DNA from: an uncultured bacterium
Lineage (GTDB): Bacteria; Bacillota; Clostridia; Lachnospirales; Lachnospiraceae
DNA length: 64,000 bases
NCBI GenBank assembly: GCA_947243845.1
Contig: CAMXIF010000010.1
Coordinates: forward strand, 39,698-103,697
Reading direction: 5' to 3'
Under the pieces are notes generated by a model. It worked only from the letters and a program-made list of their open reading frames with translations, was not told the origin of the DNA and made no database searches. Below are positions 27,676-37,011 of the stretch, piece after piece (the first letter of the stretch is position 1; each line of letters begins with the position of its first letter). The translations under genes were made by a program, and so were the position numbers.

Positions 27676-29313
27676 ATGAATCCAACAATCATTCTTTCCA
27701 TGGCAGGCGGCCTGGGGTTGTTTTTGTATGGTATGCGCATAATGAGCGACAGTATAGAAAAGGTTGCCGGCGCGAAATTGAGAGAAATCCTGGAACGGCT
27801 GACGACTAATCGCTTTATGGGGATTTTAGTGGGTGTATTTTTTACTGCTGTTATTCAGTCATCATCGGCGTGTACCGTGATGGTGGTCAGTTTCGTAAAC
27901 TCCGGGCTGATGAATCTGACACAGGCAGCGGGCGTAATCTTTGGTGCTAATATCGGTACTACGGTGACAGCCCTTCTGGTTTCCCTGAAATTGGAGAAGG
28001 CGGCGCCGGTGTTTCTATTGGTGGGCGTGCTGTTAGTCATGTTTTCCAAGAAGCAGAAAGTGTCCCGCTGGGGTGAGGTGATCATTGGGTTCGGTGTGCT
28101 CTTTATGGGACTTAGTACCATGTCGGGTGCCATGTCCGGCATGAAGGATTCTCCGGCAGTCTTACATATGTTTGCATCCCTGCAGACACCGATTTTGGCA
28201 GTCCTTTTGGGAACTGTCCTGACTGCCATTATCCAGAGTTCATCGGTGACGGTCAGTATCATGGTTCTGCTTGCCAATCAGGGACTGATGGGGATGGATA
28301 TTTGTATGTTTATTATCCTTGGCTGTAATATTGGCGCCTGTACATCCGCATTGCTGGCTTCCTTAAATGGTAAAAAGGATGCGAAGCGGGCAGCGGCGAT
28401 TCATCTGATCTTTAACGTGATCGGGACGATCGTTGTGTACATTATCTTTAAACTGGCGGTAAGCCAGGTGGTGGCGGCGCTTACCCTGATAGCCGGCAGT
28501 GATCCGGGACGTGTGGTGGCATATGCCCATATTACGATCAAGGTATTCCAGGTTATCATTATGATGCCGTTTATCAAGGGAATTGTTAAAATGACTTACC
28601 TGCTGGTGCCGGGCGATGATAAGAAAGTCGGATACCGGGACAGCTATCAGCTCAAATATATTGGTGAAAAGGTGGTCTTAAATCCGGCTACGGCTGTGGT
28701 GGAGGTTATCAAAGAACTGGATCGTATGGCGTCCCTGGCGGATGAGAACTTAAACCGTGCCATGAATGCTTTGATGACACTGGATCAGGAAGAAATTGAT
28801 GAAGTTTATGAGGTAGAGAAAAATATCGATTTCTTAAGTCATGCGATCACCAATTATCTGGTGAAGATCAATCAGACTACACTGCCGATCGAGGACTTGA
28901 AAAGTATCGGCGCCCTCTTCCATGTGGTCAATGATATCGAAAGAATCGGTGATCATGCGGAGAACATTGCAGATGCGGCGGTGCGGAGGATTGAGACTGG
29001 GGTAGGATTCTCCAAGGCGGCACAGAAAGAAATGGGTGAGATGATAGATATGGTGAATACCATATTGCATTTTTCCATAGAAATGTTTGTCAAGAGCACG
29101 GAGGAGCACGTAGAAGATATCAGACATCTTGAGGAAGCCGTTGACGAAAAAGAGAAAGAGTTACAGCAGAAGCATATCACCAGGCTTTCCAATAACGAGT
29201 GCACGCCGGAGGCGGGCGCCCTCTTCTCCGAAGTGGTGTCCGGGCTTGAGAGAGTGGCAGATCATGCAACGAATATCGCCTTTGCGAATACATATTATGA
29301 GACGGGAATGTAG
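27676..29313 (+). CDS. Na/Pi cotransporter family protein with C-terminal PhoU-like domains
   Basis: Duplicated QSSS and GANIGT/GCNIG motifs; DIERIGDHAENI and LERVADHATNIA. The start may be 27676. Confidence 0.9.
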   Translation: MNPTIILSMAGGLGLFLYGMRIMSDSIEKVAGAKLREILERLTTNRFMGILVGVFFTAVIQSSSACTVMVVSFVNSGLMNLTQAAGVIFGANIGTTVTALLVSLKLEKAAPVFLLVGVLLVMFSKKQKVSRWGEVIIGFGVLFMGLSTMSGAMSGMKDSPAVLHMFASLQTPILAVLLGTVLTAIIQSSSVTVSIMVLLANQGLMGMDICMFIILGCNIGACTSALLASLNGKKDAKRAAAIHLIFNVIGTIVVYIIFKLAVSQVVAALTLIAGSDPGRVVAYAHITIKVFQVIIMMPFIKGIVKMTYLLVPGDDKKVGYRDSYQLKYIGEKVVLNPATAVVEVIKELDRMASLADENLNRAMNALMTLDQEEIDEVYEVEKNIDFLSHAITNYLVKINQTTLPIEDLKSIGALFHVVNDIERIGDHAENIADAAVRRIETGVGFSKAAQKEMGEMIDMVNTILHFSIEMFVKSTEEHVEDIRHLEEAVDEKEKELQQKHITRLSNNECTPEAGALFSEVVSGLERVADHATNIAFANTYYETGM

Positions 29314-29342
29314 TTAGGTAGTATACTTTTGTCTGAAATGAC

Positions 29343-29393
29343 GCCTGAACAGATATAGCTTGAGCATTTTATATCTGTTCAGGCTAATTTTTT
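29343..29393 (+). terminator. Intrinsic terminator after the Na/Pi cotransporter
   Basis: Perfect 15-bp stem GCCTGAACAGATATA / TATATCTGTTCAGGC, then TAATTTTTT. Confidence 0.75.
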
Positions 29394-29446
29394 GGCGTAG
29401 GAGTGGACAGTAACGCAGATTAATATCAATAATAATCGCACAGGGA

Positions 29447-29475
29447 TTGACAAAGGATTGTAGACTTGTTATAAT
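29447..29475 (+). promoter_or_regulatory. Consensus sigma-A promoter of the NlpC/P60 gene
   Basis: TTGACA, 17-bp spacer, TG-t-TATAAT. Confidence 0.85.
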
Positions 29476-29537
29476 AACCTCGCAATTGTTACAAAATTAT
29501 TACGATTGTTACAAAAAAACGAGAGGACAATCCTTCT

Positions 29538-30728
29538 ATGAAGAGACGGGAAATATCTTTGATTTTAGCAGGTTTTCTGCTTTTTATGATTCCGATACAG
29601 CTGCAGGCGACAGTTGCGCTGCCGGGCATTGTTTCAACTAAGCAGATCAATCTTAACAGAAATATTACGGGAAGTATACAGAATGTCACAGAATCGGATA
29701 TGGTGCAGGCTGATGCTGCGGCTCTGGATGTGGCACAGGTGGATGCCAGTACCTGGAACCGGACAGGGGAGAACCCGGTAGAGAGTATCCGTGACGTTTT
29801 GGGAGATCCGGTCGGATCCGCCAGCATTTATTCTGTGGATAAGACAATTGAGGATTATAAGCTGGCATATGAGCGCGCCAAGAACGCTAACTGGGGATAT
29901 ACAAATCTGGGAATCGCCAATGTGAGCGATAATCTAAATGTTCGTGCGGCTGCAGCGGAAGACGGGAAGATCATCGGTAAACTGCCCAAAGACGCCGCTT
30001 GTGAGGTGCTTGAGACGGATGATATCTGGGCACATATCAAGTCCGGAAGCGTGGAGGGATATGTGAGCAGGGAGTATCTTCTTACTGGAATCCCCGCGAA
30101 ACATAAAGCAGAGGAACTGGCGACAACGATGGCGAGAGTCACCACAGACAGCCTGAAAGTGCGGGCGGAAGCAAATACTGATTCGGAAGTTATCACTATG
30201 GTGCCAAACGGTGAGGAACTGGAAGTTGCTGCCGTGGAGGGAGACTGGGTGAAAGTACTTCTGGATGACGAAGAGGTATATGTATCCGCAGAATTTGTAG
30301 AGGTCAGCGCGGAACTTAGCACGGCAGTCACGATGTCGGAACTGCTTTACGGACAGGGAATCTCTGATGTGCGTGTGGATCTGTGCCAGTATGCGAAGGA
30401 ATTTCTGGGTAATCCCTATGTATGGGGCGGCACCAGTCTGACCAAAGGTGCGGACTGCTCCGGTTATGTGATGAGCCTTTATAAGAAGTACGGCGTGAAT
30501 CTGCCGCACTCCTCCAGGGCACAGGCCAATTGCGGCACCACCATCAAGGTATCCGAGGCACAACCGGGAGATTTGATCTTTTATGGCAAAGGCAGTACCA
30601 TCAATCATGTAGCCATGTACATTGGCGGCGGAAAGGTGATTCATGCCAGCAGTCCCAAGACAGGAATCCGTGTTTCCAATGTTTCTTACAGAACGCCGTT
30701 TAAGGCTGTAAGGATTTTACAGGAGTAA
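29538..30728 (+). CDS. Secreted SH3_3(x2)-NlpC/P60 peptidoglycan endopeptidase
   Basis: Signal peptide, two SH3b-like repeats (LNVR, LKVR) and YVWGG..GADCSG...HVAMYIGGGKVIHAS. Confidence 0.92.
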   Translation: MKRREISLILAGFLLFMIPIQLQATVALPGIVSTKQINLNRNITGSIQNVTESDMVQADAAALDVAQVDASTWNRTGENPVESIRDVLGDPVGSASIYSVDKTIEDYKLAYERAKNANWGYTNLGIANVSDNLNVRAAAAEDGKIIGKLPKDAACEVLETDDIWAHIKSGSVEGYVSREYLLTGIPAKHKAEELATTMARVTTDSLKVRAEANTDSEVITMVPNGEELEVAAVEGDWVKVLLDDEEVYVSAEFVEVSAELSTAVTMSELLYGQGISDVRVDLCQYAKEFLGNPYVWGGTSLTKGADCSGYVMSLYKKYGVNLPHSSRAQANCGTTIKVSEAQPGDLIFYGKGSTINHVAMYIGGGKVIHASSPKTGIRVSNVSYRTPFKAVRILQE

Positions 30729-30825
30729 GAGCGGTATTACGATAACGCTAAAAGTGCTTTGGGCGTAACAGATAGCAGCGCAGCAGATAACAGCCAGCGC
30801 AGCAGCAGATAACATGAAAAGGCAC

Positions 30826-30854
30826 TTTACAATAAGACTGGTTTGTGATACACT
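30826..30854 (+). promoter_or_regulatory. Promoter of rpsO
   Basis: TTTACA, 17-bp spacer, TG-a-TACACT. Confidence 0.65.
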
Positions 30855-30867
30855 ATATCAGTATGAT

Positions 30868-30945
30868 TTTAGCCGATACGCAGAGGCGGGACACTCCGAC
30901 CCCTTCTTGGTATCAGGCGGTTATCAGGGCAGCCCCCTGAAGGAA
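30868..30945 (+). promoter_or_regulatory. Candidate S15 (rpsO) autoregulatory leader RNA
   Basis: Nested stems GCC-GATAC...GTATC-A-GGC and CGG-gacact-CCG in a 5' UTR of about 95 nt. S15 leaders are known in Firmicutes; covariance model not run. Confidence 0.45.
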
Positions 30946-30955
30946 AGGAGAAATT

Positions 30956-31222
30956 ATGATTTCTAAGGAAAAGAAGACAGCAATTATCAAAGAGTATGCC
31001 AGATCAGAAGGCGATACCGGTTCACCGGAAGTGCAGGTAGCAGTTCTGACAGCGAGAATCCAGGAACTTACCGAGCATTTGAAGGAGAATCCTAAGGATC
31101 ATCATTCCAGAAGAGGACTTCTGAAAATGGTCGGTCAAAGACGCGGCCTGCTTGGCTATTTGAAAGAGAAGGATATCGAGAGATATCGTGCCTTGATCGA
31201 GAGGCTCGGACTTCGTAAATAG
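30956..31222 (+). CDS. rpsO: 30S ribosomal protein S15
   Basis: [27 protein letters not shown] and LGLRK. Confidence 0.98.
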   Translation: MISKEKKTAIIKEYARSEGDTGSPEVQVAVLTARIQELTEHLKENPKDHHSRRGLLKMVGQRRGLLGYLKEKDIERYRALIERLGLRK

Positions 31223-31232
31223 GACGGACAAT

Positions 31233-31277
31233 AAAGCGGAGATAGGGTTGACAGGGTCTACCTTAAATCCGCTTTTT
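31233..31277 (+). terminator. Terminator after rpsO
   Basis: AAAGCGGA...TCCGCTTTTT. Confidence 0.6.
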
Positions 31278-31381
31278 ATGTGTATATTAGCAGCAGTCCG
31301 GATAAATCGGATGGCTGCGGACTTTCGGCGGGAGGAGGATCTGCCGGAAGGAGGAAGCGAGAAGAAAAAGGAGAGAAGATT

Positions 31382-33472
31382 ATGTACAAGAGTTATACCA
31401 TGGAACTTGCCGGGCGTACCCTGCGTGTGGACATCGGCAGAGTTGGTAAGCAGGCAAATGGCTGCGCATTTATGCAGTATGGAGAGACCACCGTGCTGTC
31501 CACGGCAACGGCGTCTGACAAGCCTAGGGATGGAATCGATTTCTTCCCCTGCAGCGTAGAGTATGAGGAGAAGTTCTATTCTGTCGGAAAGATTCCCGGC
31601 GGATTCAACAAGAGAGAGGGCAAGCCTTCTGAGAATGCAATTCTGACAAGCCGTGTGATTGACCGGCCCATGAGACCGCTTTTCCCGAAGGATTACCGCA
31701 ACGATGTAACCCTTAATAATATGGTCATGAGCGTGGATCCGGCTTGCCGTCCGGAACTGGTGGCCATGATCGGTACCGCGATTGCAACCTGCATTTCAGA
31801 TATTCCCTTTGCAGGTCCCTGTGCAATGACACAGATGGGTATGGTGGACGGTGAGTTGATCGTTAATCCTTCCCAGGAGCAGTGGGACAAGGGTGATCTG
31901 AAGATGACGGTGGCATCTACTGCAGAGAAAGTGATGATGATTGAGGCCGGTGCGAATGAGGTGCCGGAGGCCAAGGTGCTGGAGGCGATTTATAAGGCTC
32001 ACGAGATCAATCAGACGTTGATTGCCTTTATCAATAACATTGTAGCGGAAGTCGGCAAGCCGAAGCATACTTACGAGAGCTGCGCGGTTCCCGAGGAGAT
32101 GTTTGAGGAGATGAAGAAGATCGTGACACCGGAGGAGATGGAGACTGCAGTCTTCACCGATGAAAAGCAGGTGCGCGAGGAGAATATCAAGAATATTACG
32201 GCCAAACTGGAAGAGGCATTTGCAGAGAAGGAAGAGTATCTGGCAGTGCTTGGCGAAGCCGTATACCAGTATCAGAAAAAGACTGTCCGTAAGATGATCT
32301 TGAAGGATCACAAGCGTCCGGACGGCAGGGCATTAGACCAGATCAGGCCTTTGGCGGCAGAAGTGGATATCATTCCCAGAGTGCATGGATCCGCTATGTT
32401 TACCAGAGGGCAGACACAGATCTGCAATGTATGTACCTTGGCGCCTTTATCCGAGATGCAGAAAGTGGACGGCTTAGATGAGAACATCACAGGCAAGAGA
32501 TATATGCATCATTATAATTTCCCGTCCTATTCCGTAGGCGAGACTAAGGTCAGCAGGGGACCGGGACGCAGGGAGATTGGTCATGGTGCATTGGCGGAGA
32601 GGGCTTTGCTTCCGGTACTGCCTTCTGAGGAGGAGTTCCCGTACGCAATCCGTACGGTGTCCGAGACTTTTGAGTCAAACGGTTCCACCTCCATGGCATC
32701 CACCTGTGCTTCCTGTATGTCGCTGATGGCGGCGGGTGTGCCGATTAAGAAGATGGTTGCCGGCATCTCCTGCGGTCTGGTGACCGGTGATACGGATGAT
32801 GATTTCGTACTGTTGACAGATATCCAGGGACTTGAGGATTTCTTTGGCGATATGGACTTTAAGGTGACGGGTACCCATGAAGGTATCACGGCAATCCAGA
32901 TGGATATCAAGATTCACGGATTGACCAAGCCCATCGTGGAGGGCGCTATCGCAAGATGCCGTGAGGCAAGAGAATTTATCATGGCTAACTGCATGACACC
33001 TGCAATCGCAGCGCCTCGTAAAGAGGTTGGTAAGTATGCACCCAAGATTATATCTATTCAGATCGATCCGGATAAGATCGGTGATGTAGTGGGTCAGCGC
33101 GGCAAGACCATCAATGAGATAATTGCCCGTACAGGTGTGAAGATCGATATCACGGATGATGGAAATGTATCCGTGTGCGGTACAGACCATGAGATGATGG
33201 ACAAGGCAGTGGATATGATTAAGCTGATCACTACAGATTTTGAGGAAGGACAGATTTTCCAGGGAACTGTAGTCAGCATTAAGGAGTTCGGCGCTTTCAT
33301 TGAGTTTGCACCGGGCAAAGAAGGTATGGTTCATATCTCCAAGATTGCCAAGGAGAGGATCAATCATGTGGAGGATGTGCTTACGCTGGGTGACAAGGTG
33401 ACGGTAGTGTGCCTTGGCAAAGATAAGATGGGCAGAATCAGTTTCTCGATGAAGGATGTGGCCCAGAAGTAA
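31382..33472 (+). CDS. pnp: Polyribonucleotide nucleotidyltransferase
   Basis: RVIDRPMRPLF, RREIGHGALAE, ESNGSTSMAS, GDMDFKV, KH and S1 domains. ATG 31382 follows AAGGAG. Confidence 0.97.
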   Translation: MYKSYTMELAGRTLRVDIGRVGKQANGCAFMQYGETTVLSTATASDKPRDGIDFFPCSVEYEEKFYSVGKIPGGFNKREGKPSENAILTSRVIDRPMRPLFPKDYRNDVTLNNMVMSVDPACRPELVAMIGTAIATCISDIPFAGPCAMTQMGMVDGELIVNPSQEQWDKGDLKMTVASTAEKVMMIEAGANEVPEAKVLEAIYKAHEINQTLIAFINNIVAEVGKPKHTYESCAVPEEMFEEMKKIVTPEEMETAVFTDEKQVREENIKNITAKLEEAFAEKEEYLAVLGEAVYQYQKKTVRKMILKDHKRPDGRALDQIRPLAAEVDIIPRVHGSAMFTRGQTQICNVCTLAPLSEMQKVDGLDENITGKRYMHHYNFPSYSVGETKVSRGPGRREIGHGALAERALLPVLPSEEEFPYAIRTVSETFESNGSTSMASTCASCMSLMAAGVPIKKMVAGISCGLVTGDTDDDFVLLTDIQGLEDFFGDMDFKVTGTHEGITAIQMDIKIHGLTKPIVEGAIARCREAREFIMANCMTPAIAAPRKEVGKYAPKIISIQIDPDKIGDVVGQRGKTINEIIARTGVKIDITDDGNVSVCGTDHEMMDKAVDMIKLITTDFEEGQIFQGTVVSIKEFGAFIEFAPGKEGMVHISKIAKERINHVEDVLTLGDKVTVVCLGKDKMGRISFSMKDVAQK

Positions 33473-33517
33473 ATTTCTTCAGAATTAACTTCGCGAGATT
33501 TGCTTTGCAAACGCGGA
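33467..33517 (+). repeat. Two-hairpin REP/MITE-like element, degenerate copy 1
   Basis: AAGTAAATTT-CTTCAGAATTAACTTCGCGAGATTTGCTTTGCAAACGCGGA aligns with 40613-40665. Confidence 0.7.
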
Positions 33518-33524
33518 ATATGTG

Positions 33525-33573
33525 AAAAAGGAGCCTTTGGCATGATCGTTTGGTCATGTGATGGCTCCTTTTT
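33525..33573. terminator. Bidirectional terminator between pnp and pyrI
   Basis: AAAAAGGAGCC...GGCTCCTTTTT with an inner CATGA/TCATG stem. Confidence 0.75.
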
Positions 33574-33662
33574 AATGGCTTGCTATTTTGCTTAATATTT
33601 TAATAGCTTAATATTTTAATAGCTTGAGATTTTAATAGCTTGAAGGTATTAATAGTTTGAGA
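33572..33662. repeat. About 16-bp tandem repeat with core TTAATAGCTT
   Basis: Cores at 33600, 33616, 33632 and 33649, plus a variant at 33572. Confidence 0.8.
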
Positions 33663-33709
33663 TTGAATCAGTATCTGTCAGCGCCTGGCGCAGCTGACGG
33701 CCGCTTAGT

Positions 33710-34150
33710 CTACCACTGTGTGGCGGAACGGCTCGCTTTTTCCTCGCAGTATTTGCAGCGGTAGATTTCTTTTTCTTCATCCGCCAATACGAAGATGTGG
33801 GGAAGTTCCTGTTCGATGGAAGTGATGCAGCGGGGGTTTTTACACTTGATTACGTTGTGTATTTCCTGAGGGAGCACCAGTTCCTTTTTATCAACGATTT
33901 CACCGTCCTTGATCACGTTGACGGTGATATTGTGGTCGATGACGGCCAGAATATCGAGATTTAGTGTATTAATGTCACACTCTACTTTCAGAATATCTTT
34001 CTTGCCCATTTTATTGCTTCTGGCATTTTTGATGATAGCCACCGTACAATCCAGTTTATCCAGTTTCAGATGGTGGTAGATGGACAGGCTCTTGCCTGCT
34101 TCTATGTGGTCGAGCACGAAGCCCTCCTCGATTTTTCCTACATTTAACAT
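33710..34150 (-). CDS. pyrI: Aspartate carbamoyltransferase regulatory subunit
   Basis: GFVLDHI, GKKDILK and Zn ligands CKNPRCIT / YRCKYCE. Confidence 0.9.
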   Translation of the reverse strand: MLNVGKIEEGFVLDHIEAGKSLSIYHHLKLDKLDCTVAIIKNARSNKMGKKDILKVECDINTLNLDILAVIDHNITVNVIKDGEIVDKKELVLPQEIHNVIKCKNPRCITSIEQELPHIFVLADEEKEIYRCKYCEEKASRSATQW

Positions 34151-34215
34151 GTTAGCTCCTTTTCAGCGCCATAGTTGCGCATATCATTGTCGATAGAGAT
34201 GATTTCTTTCTTTTG

Positions 34216-34263
34216 ATCCGAGTCCGTGAAGCGGATCACGCAATCGAGCGTTGCTCGATTTGT
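34216..34263 (-). repeat. Two-hairpin REP/MITE-like element, copy 2
   Basis: The reverse complement matches 49038-49085 at 43 of 48 positions. Confidence 0.85.
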
Positions 34264-34279
34264 TAACCTTCGCAGTAGT

Positions 34280-35191
34280 TTACGCCAGTTCCAGCAGAGT
34301 TAGGATTAATGCCATTCTCACGTAGACACCATATTGTGCCTGTTTAAAGTAAACGGCGCGGGGATCATCATCCACTTCCACGGAAATCTCATTGACGCGG
34401 GGCAGGGGATGAAGTACCAGCATATCATCCATTGCGGCGGAAAGTTTATTCTTGTCCAAGATATAGAAATCTTTCAGACGGACATAGTCTTCTTCGTTGA
34501 AGAACCGTTCTTTCTGCACTCTGGTCATATAGAGGAGATCCAGATTGGGCATACAGTCCTCTAAGCGGATCACTTCCTCGTAGGCAATATTTCGTTCGGT
34601 GAGCATATCCGTGATGTAATCAGGAACTTTTAATTCCGGCGGGGAGATGAAGATAAAGCGGATATCCGGATATCTGATCAATGCATTGATCAGGGAATGT
34701 ACGGTACGGCCAAACTTAAGGTCACCGCATAGACCGATAGTAAAATCACCCAGCCGCCCCTTCAGGGAACGGATTGTGAGCAGATCTGTCAATGTCTGAG
34801 TAGGATGCTGATGTCCGCCGTCACCGGCATTGATGACCGGGATACCGGAGCGGCTGGCTGCCACCATGGGCGCGCCTTCTTTGGGATGGCGCATGGCGCA
34901 GATATCGGCATAGCAGGAGACGATACGGATGGTATCCGATACGCTTTCTCCTTTGGCGGCCGAGGAGGAGGAAGCATCCGAAAAACCAAGTACCTGTCCG
35001 CCGAGATTGAGCATGGCAGCTTCAAAGCTTAAGCGTGTGCGTGTACTGGGTTCGTAGAAGCAGGTAGCCAGTTTCTTTCCTTCACAGGCGTGCGCATATT
35101 TGGCCGGATTGGCCTCGATGTCATTGGCCAGATCAAAGAGTTTTTCCAGTTCCTCCACGGTAAAATCAAGAGGGTTCATTAAATGTCTCAT
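34280..35191 (-). CDS. pyrB: Aspartate carbamoyltransferase catalytic subunit
   Basis: [37 protein letters not shown] and LHPLPR. ATG 35191 follows GGAG. Confidence 0.97.
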   Translation of the reverse strand: MRHLMNPLDFTVEELEKLFDLANDIEANPAKYAHACEGKKLATCFYEPSTRTRLSFEAAMLNLGGQVLGFSDASSSSAAKGESVSDTIRIVSCYADICAMRHPKEGAPMVAASRSGIPVINAGDGGHQHPTQTLTDLLTIRSLKGRLGDFTIGLCGDLKFGRTVHSLINALIRYPDIRFIFISPPELKVPDYITDMLTERNIAYEEVIRLEDCMPNLDLLYMTRVQKERFFNEEDYVRLKDFYILDKNKLSAAMDDMLVLHPLPRVNEISVEVDDDPRAVYFKQAQYGVYVRMALILTLLELA

Positions 35192-35268
35192 ATGGGTCTC
35201 CATTCCGGAGTGTCTGCGAGATGGTGCTGCGCAGCGCTCCTTATTTAAGTAATAGGAATTCCTCGTCT

Positions 35269-35300
35269 AAAAAAATAGAAGAGAATGAATCTCTTCTATT
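35269..35300 (-). terminator. Terminator after the nitroreductase gene
   Basis: On the minus strand, AATAGAAGAGA-ttcat-TCTCTTCTATT followed by a T-run. Confidence 0.7.
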
Positions 35301-35308
35301 TGTATGAT

Positions 35309-35851
35309 TTATGATTGATAGGATAGTAACTCCTCCACAGGTTTTCTTCTGGGTGCAACAGGGGTCTCGTCAGGATAACCCACAGGAATGAGCGCCACCA
35401 GTTCTCTGTCTTCAGGAATCTGTAATAAGGACTCTGCCTCTTTCTGGTCGAAGAGTCCAAGAATTACGGAACCAAGGCCCTTTTCATAGGCCGCAAGGCA
35501 TAAGCACTGAGATGCGATGCCGGCATCATACATCTGCCAGCCATCACCGCGGGGAGTGCTGAAAGAACCGTCACGTTCGTAACCGCTGCGGTTCTTGATA
35601 ATGGTAACTGCCATCAGGACGGGAGCGGCAGCAATAATATCACCGTTAGGAGGATACATAGTGGTGCATTCTCTGGCAATCTGATCTTTCAATGCGCCCT
35701 CTACTGCAATATAGCGGGTAATCTGGGTATGTTTCCAGCTGGGTGCGTAGGAAGCTGTCTCGACAATCTCTGCCAGCAGTTCATGGGAAACGGCGTCAGC
35801 CTTGAACTTGCGGATACTTCTGCGTCCTAAGATACAATCTTTTGCGGTCAT
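35309..35851 (-). CDS. Nitroreductase family protein
   Basis: RRSIRKF, APSWKHTQ, DAGIA..LCLAA..GLGSVILG and IPVGYP. ATG 35851 follows AAGGAGGG. Confidence 0.9.
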   Translation of the reverse strand: MTAKDCILGRRSIRKFKADAVSHELLAEIVETASYAPSWKHTQITRYIAVEGALKDQIARECTTMYPPNGDIIAAAPVLMAVTIIKNRSGYERDGSFSTPRGDGWQMYDAGIASQCLCLAAYEKGLGSVILGLFDQKEAESLLQIPEDRELVALIPVGYPDETPVAPRRKPVEELLSYQS

Positions 35852-35906
35852 GTGTGTTCCCTCCTTATAATGTGGTGATGTAATAAACAGCATCTATATT
35901 TTGTAT

Positions 35907-35935
35907 ATCATATCACAAAGGCAGGGGGGATTCAA
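35907..35935 (-). promoter_or_regulatory. Promoter of the nitroreductase gene
   Basis: On the minus strand, TTGAAT, 17-bp spacer, TG-a-TATGAT. Confidence 0.65.
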
Positions 35936-36077
35936 GTGGAGGAGTATGATATTTTTTAGACAATATCACGCGAGTGTTTTTGAGGGAACTTGTGAAATGA
36001 GATGGGGTATGATATAGTAATCAGGGAGAATATACCCGGTAAATGGGATGAGTGATATTTGGAAGGAGAGTATAAAT

Positions 36078-36527
36078 ATGGAACAAAATAAGGTACAGAA
36101 AGGTATGGAACAGCAGAAGCCGGAGAATGATGCGAAGAAGGAAGAAGGTATGAAGGAGGCGGCCAAGGAGTATGTAGAACGTAAGCGGTGGCTGTTTTTC
36201 GGACTTCCTTTTACTTTTACAAAATATAAGGTGAATGAACAGGTAGTCACGATCAATGCCGGATTATTCAGCACAACAGAAAATGACTGCTATTTATATA
36301 AGATACAGGACGTGGAACTGCGGACGAGTCTTATTGAGCGTATCTTCGGATTAGGAACGGTGGCGTGTTTTACAGGCGATAACACGCATCCGCAGCTATT
36401 TCTGGAGCATATCAAACATGCCAAGGAGATCAAGGACTATATCCTGCATGTATCAGAGGAAGCCAGAAGAAAGAGGCGCACGCTGAATACGCTCAATATT
36501 GATGCGGATGACATTGATGAAATGTAG
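36078..36527 (+). CDS. Bacterial PH-domain (bPH_2-like) protein
   Basis: TKY...INAGLFS...YKIQDVEL..SLIERIFGLGTV pattern. ATG 36078 follows AAGGAG. Confidence 0.75.
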   Translation: MEQNKVQKGMEQQKPENDAKKEEGMKEAAKEYVERKRWLFFGLPFTFTKYKVNEQVVTINAGLFSTTENDCYLYKIQDVELRTSLIERIFGLGTVACFTGDNTHPQLFLEHIKHAKEIKDYILHVSEEARRKRRTLNTLNIDADDIDEM

Positions 36528-36941
36528 TCAGTCCGGGCGCAGGGTTTCATCGTTTTCCCGCAGGAGCCGCTCGAACAGCAGACCGCTGATAAACCAGAAT
36601 GGCGCGTAGTCAAGGCGAACTACCTTGGCCAGATTCCAGCGGGAGTTTTCGTAATTCCAGGGACACAGTTCGCGCCGGTTGAGCCATATGCCGGTGAGAA
36701 ATTCCCCGATGAAAATCAGGCAGGTGTAAATCAGTCCGCGGACAATCAGGCTGCAGTTTTTGATCAGGCGGCAGACTGGCGCAAGAAAGGCAGCCATCCC
36801 ATAAATGGGGAACATCCAGATGGAAGTGGCTCCAGGCAGTTTCAGATCTCTTCTGCGGAAGGCATGAAAGGCCGTGAAGGAGATTTCCAGAAACCATCCC
36901 AGCAGTCCGCAGTGTATGAAGTTGTGAATCAATTTTTTCAT
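36528..36941 (-). CDS. Small membrane protein, putative ABC permease family (DUF1113/CmpB-like)
   Basis: GWFLE, WMFPIYG, EFLTG, CPWNY and VRLDY motifs. Confidence 0.7.
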   Translation of the reverse strand: MKKLIHNFIHCGLLGWFLEISFTAFHAFRRRDLKLPGATSIWMFPIYGMAAFLAPVCRLIKNCSLIVRGLIYTCLIFIGEFLTGIWLNRRELCPWNYENSRWNLAKVVRLDYAPFWFISGLLFERLLRENDETLRPD

Positions 36942-37011
36942 AGTTACAGTATGGACGGAAATAACACTTTTATTCAGTGTGATATATATCGTTTATTGGA
37001 AAGGGGAGCAC

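Noticed and set aside
31210-31222. CTTCGTAAAT at the rpsO end matching hairpin 1 of the dispersed repeat
   Set aside because: It is explained by the conserved S15 C-terminus (LRK-stop), and the rest of the element is absent.
31280-31381. Upstream-extended starts in the ORF track (pnp, ppx, ppk1, maf, folC, MerR, SBP, ylxQ and others)
   Set aside because: Downstream ATGs have proper SD sequences and match the family N-termini, so those starts were used instead.
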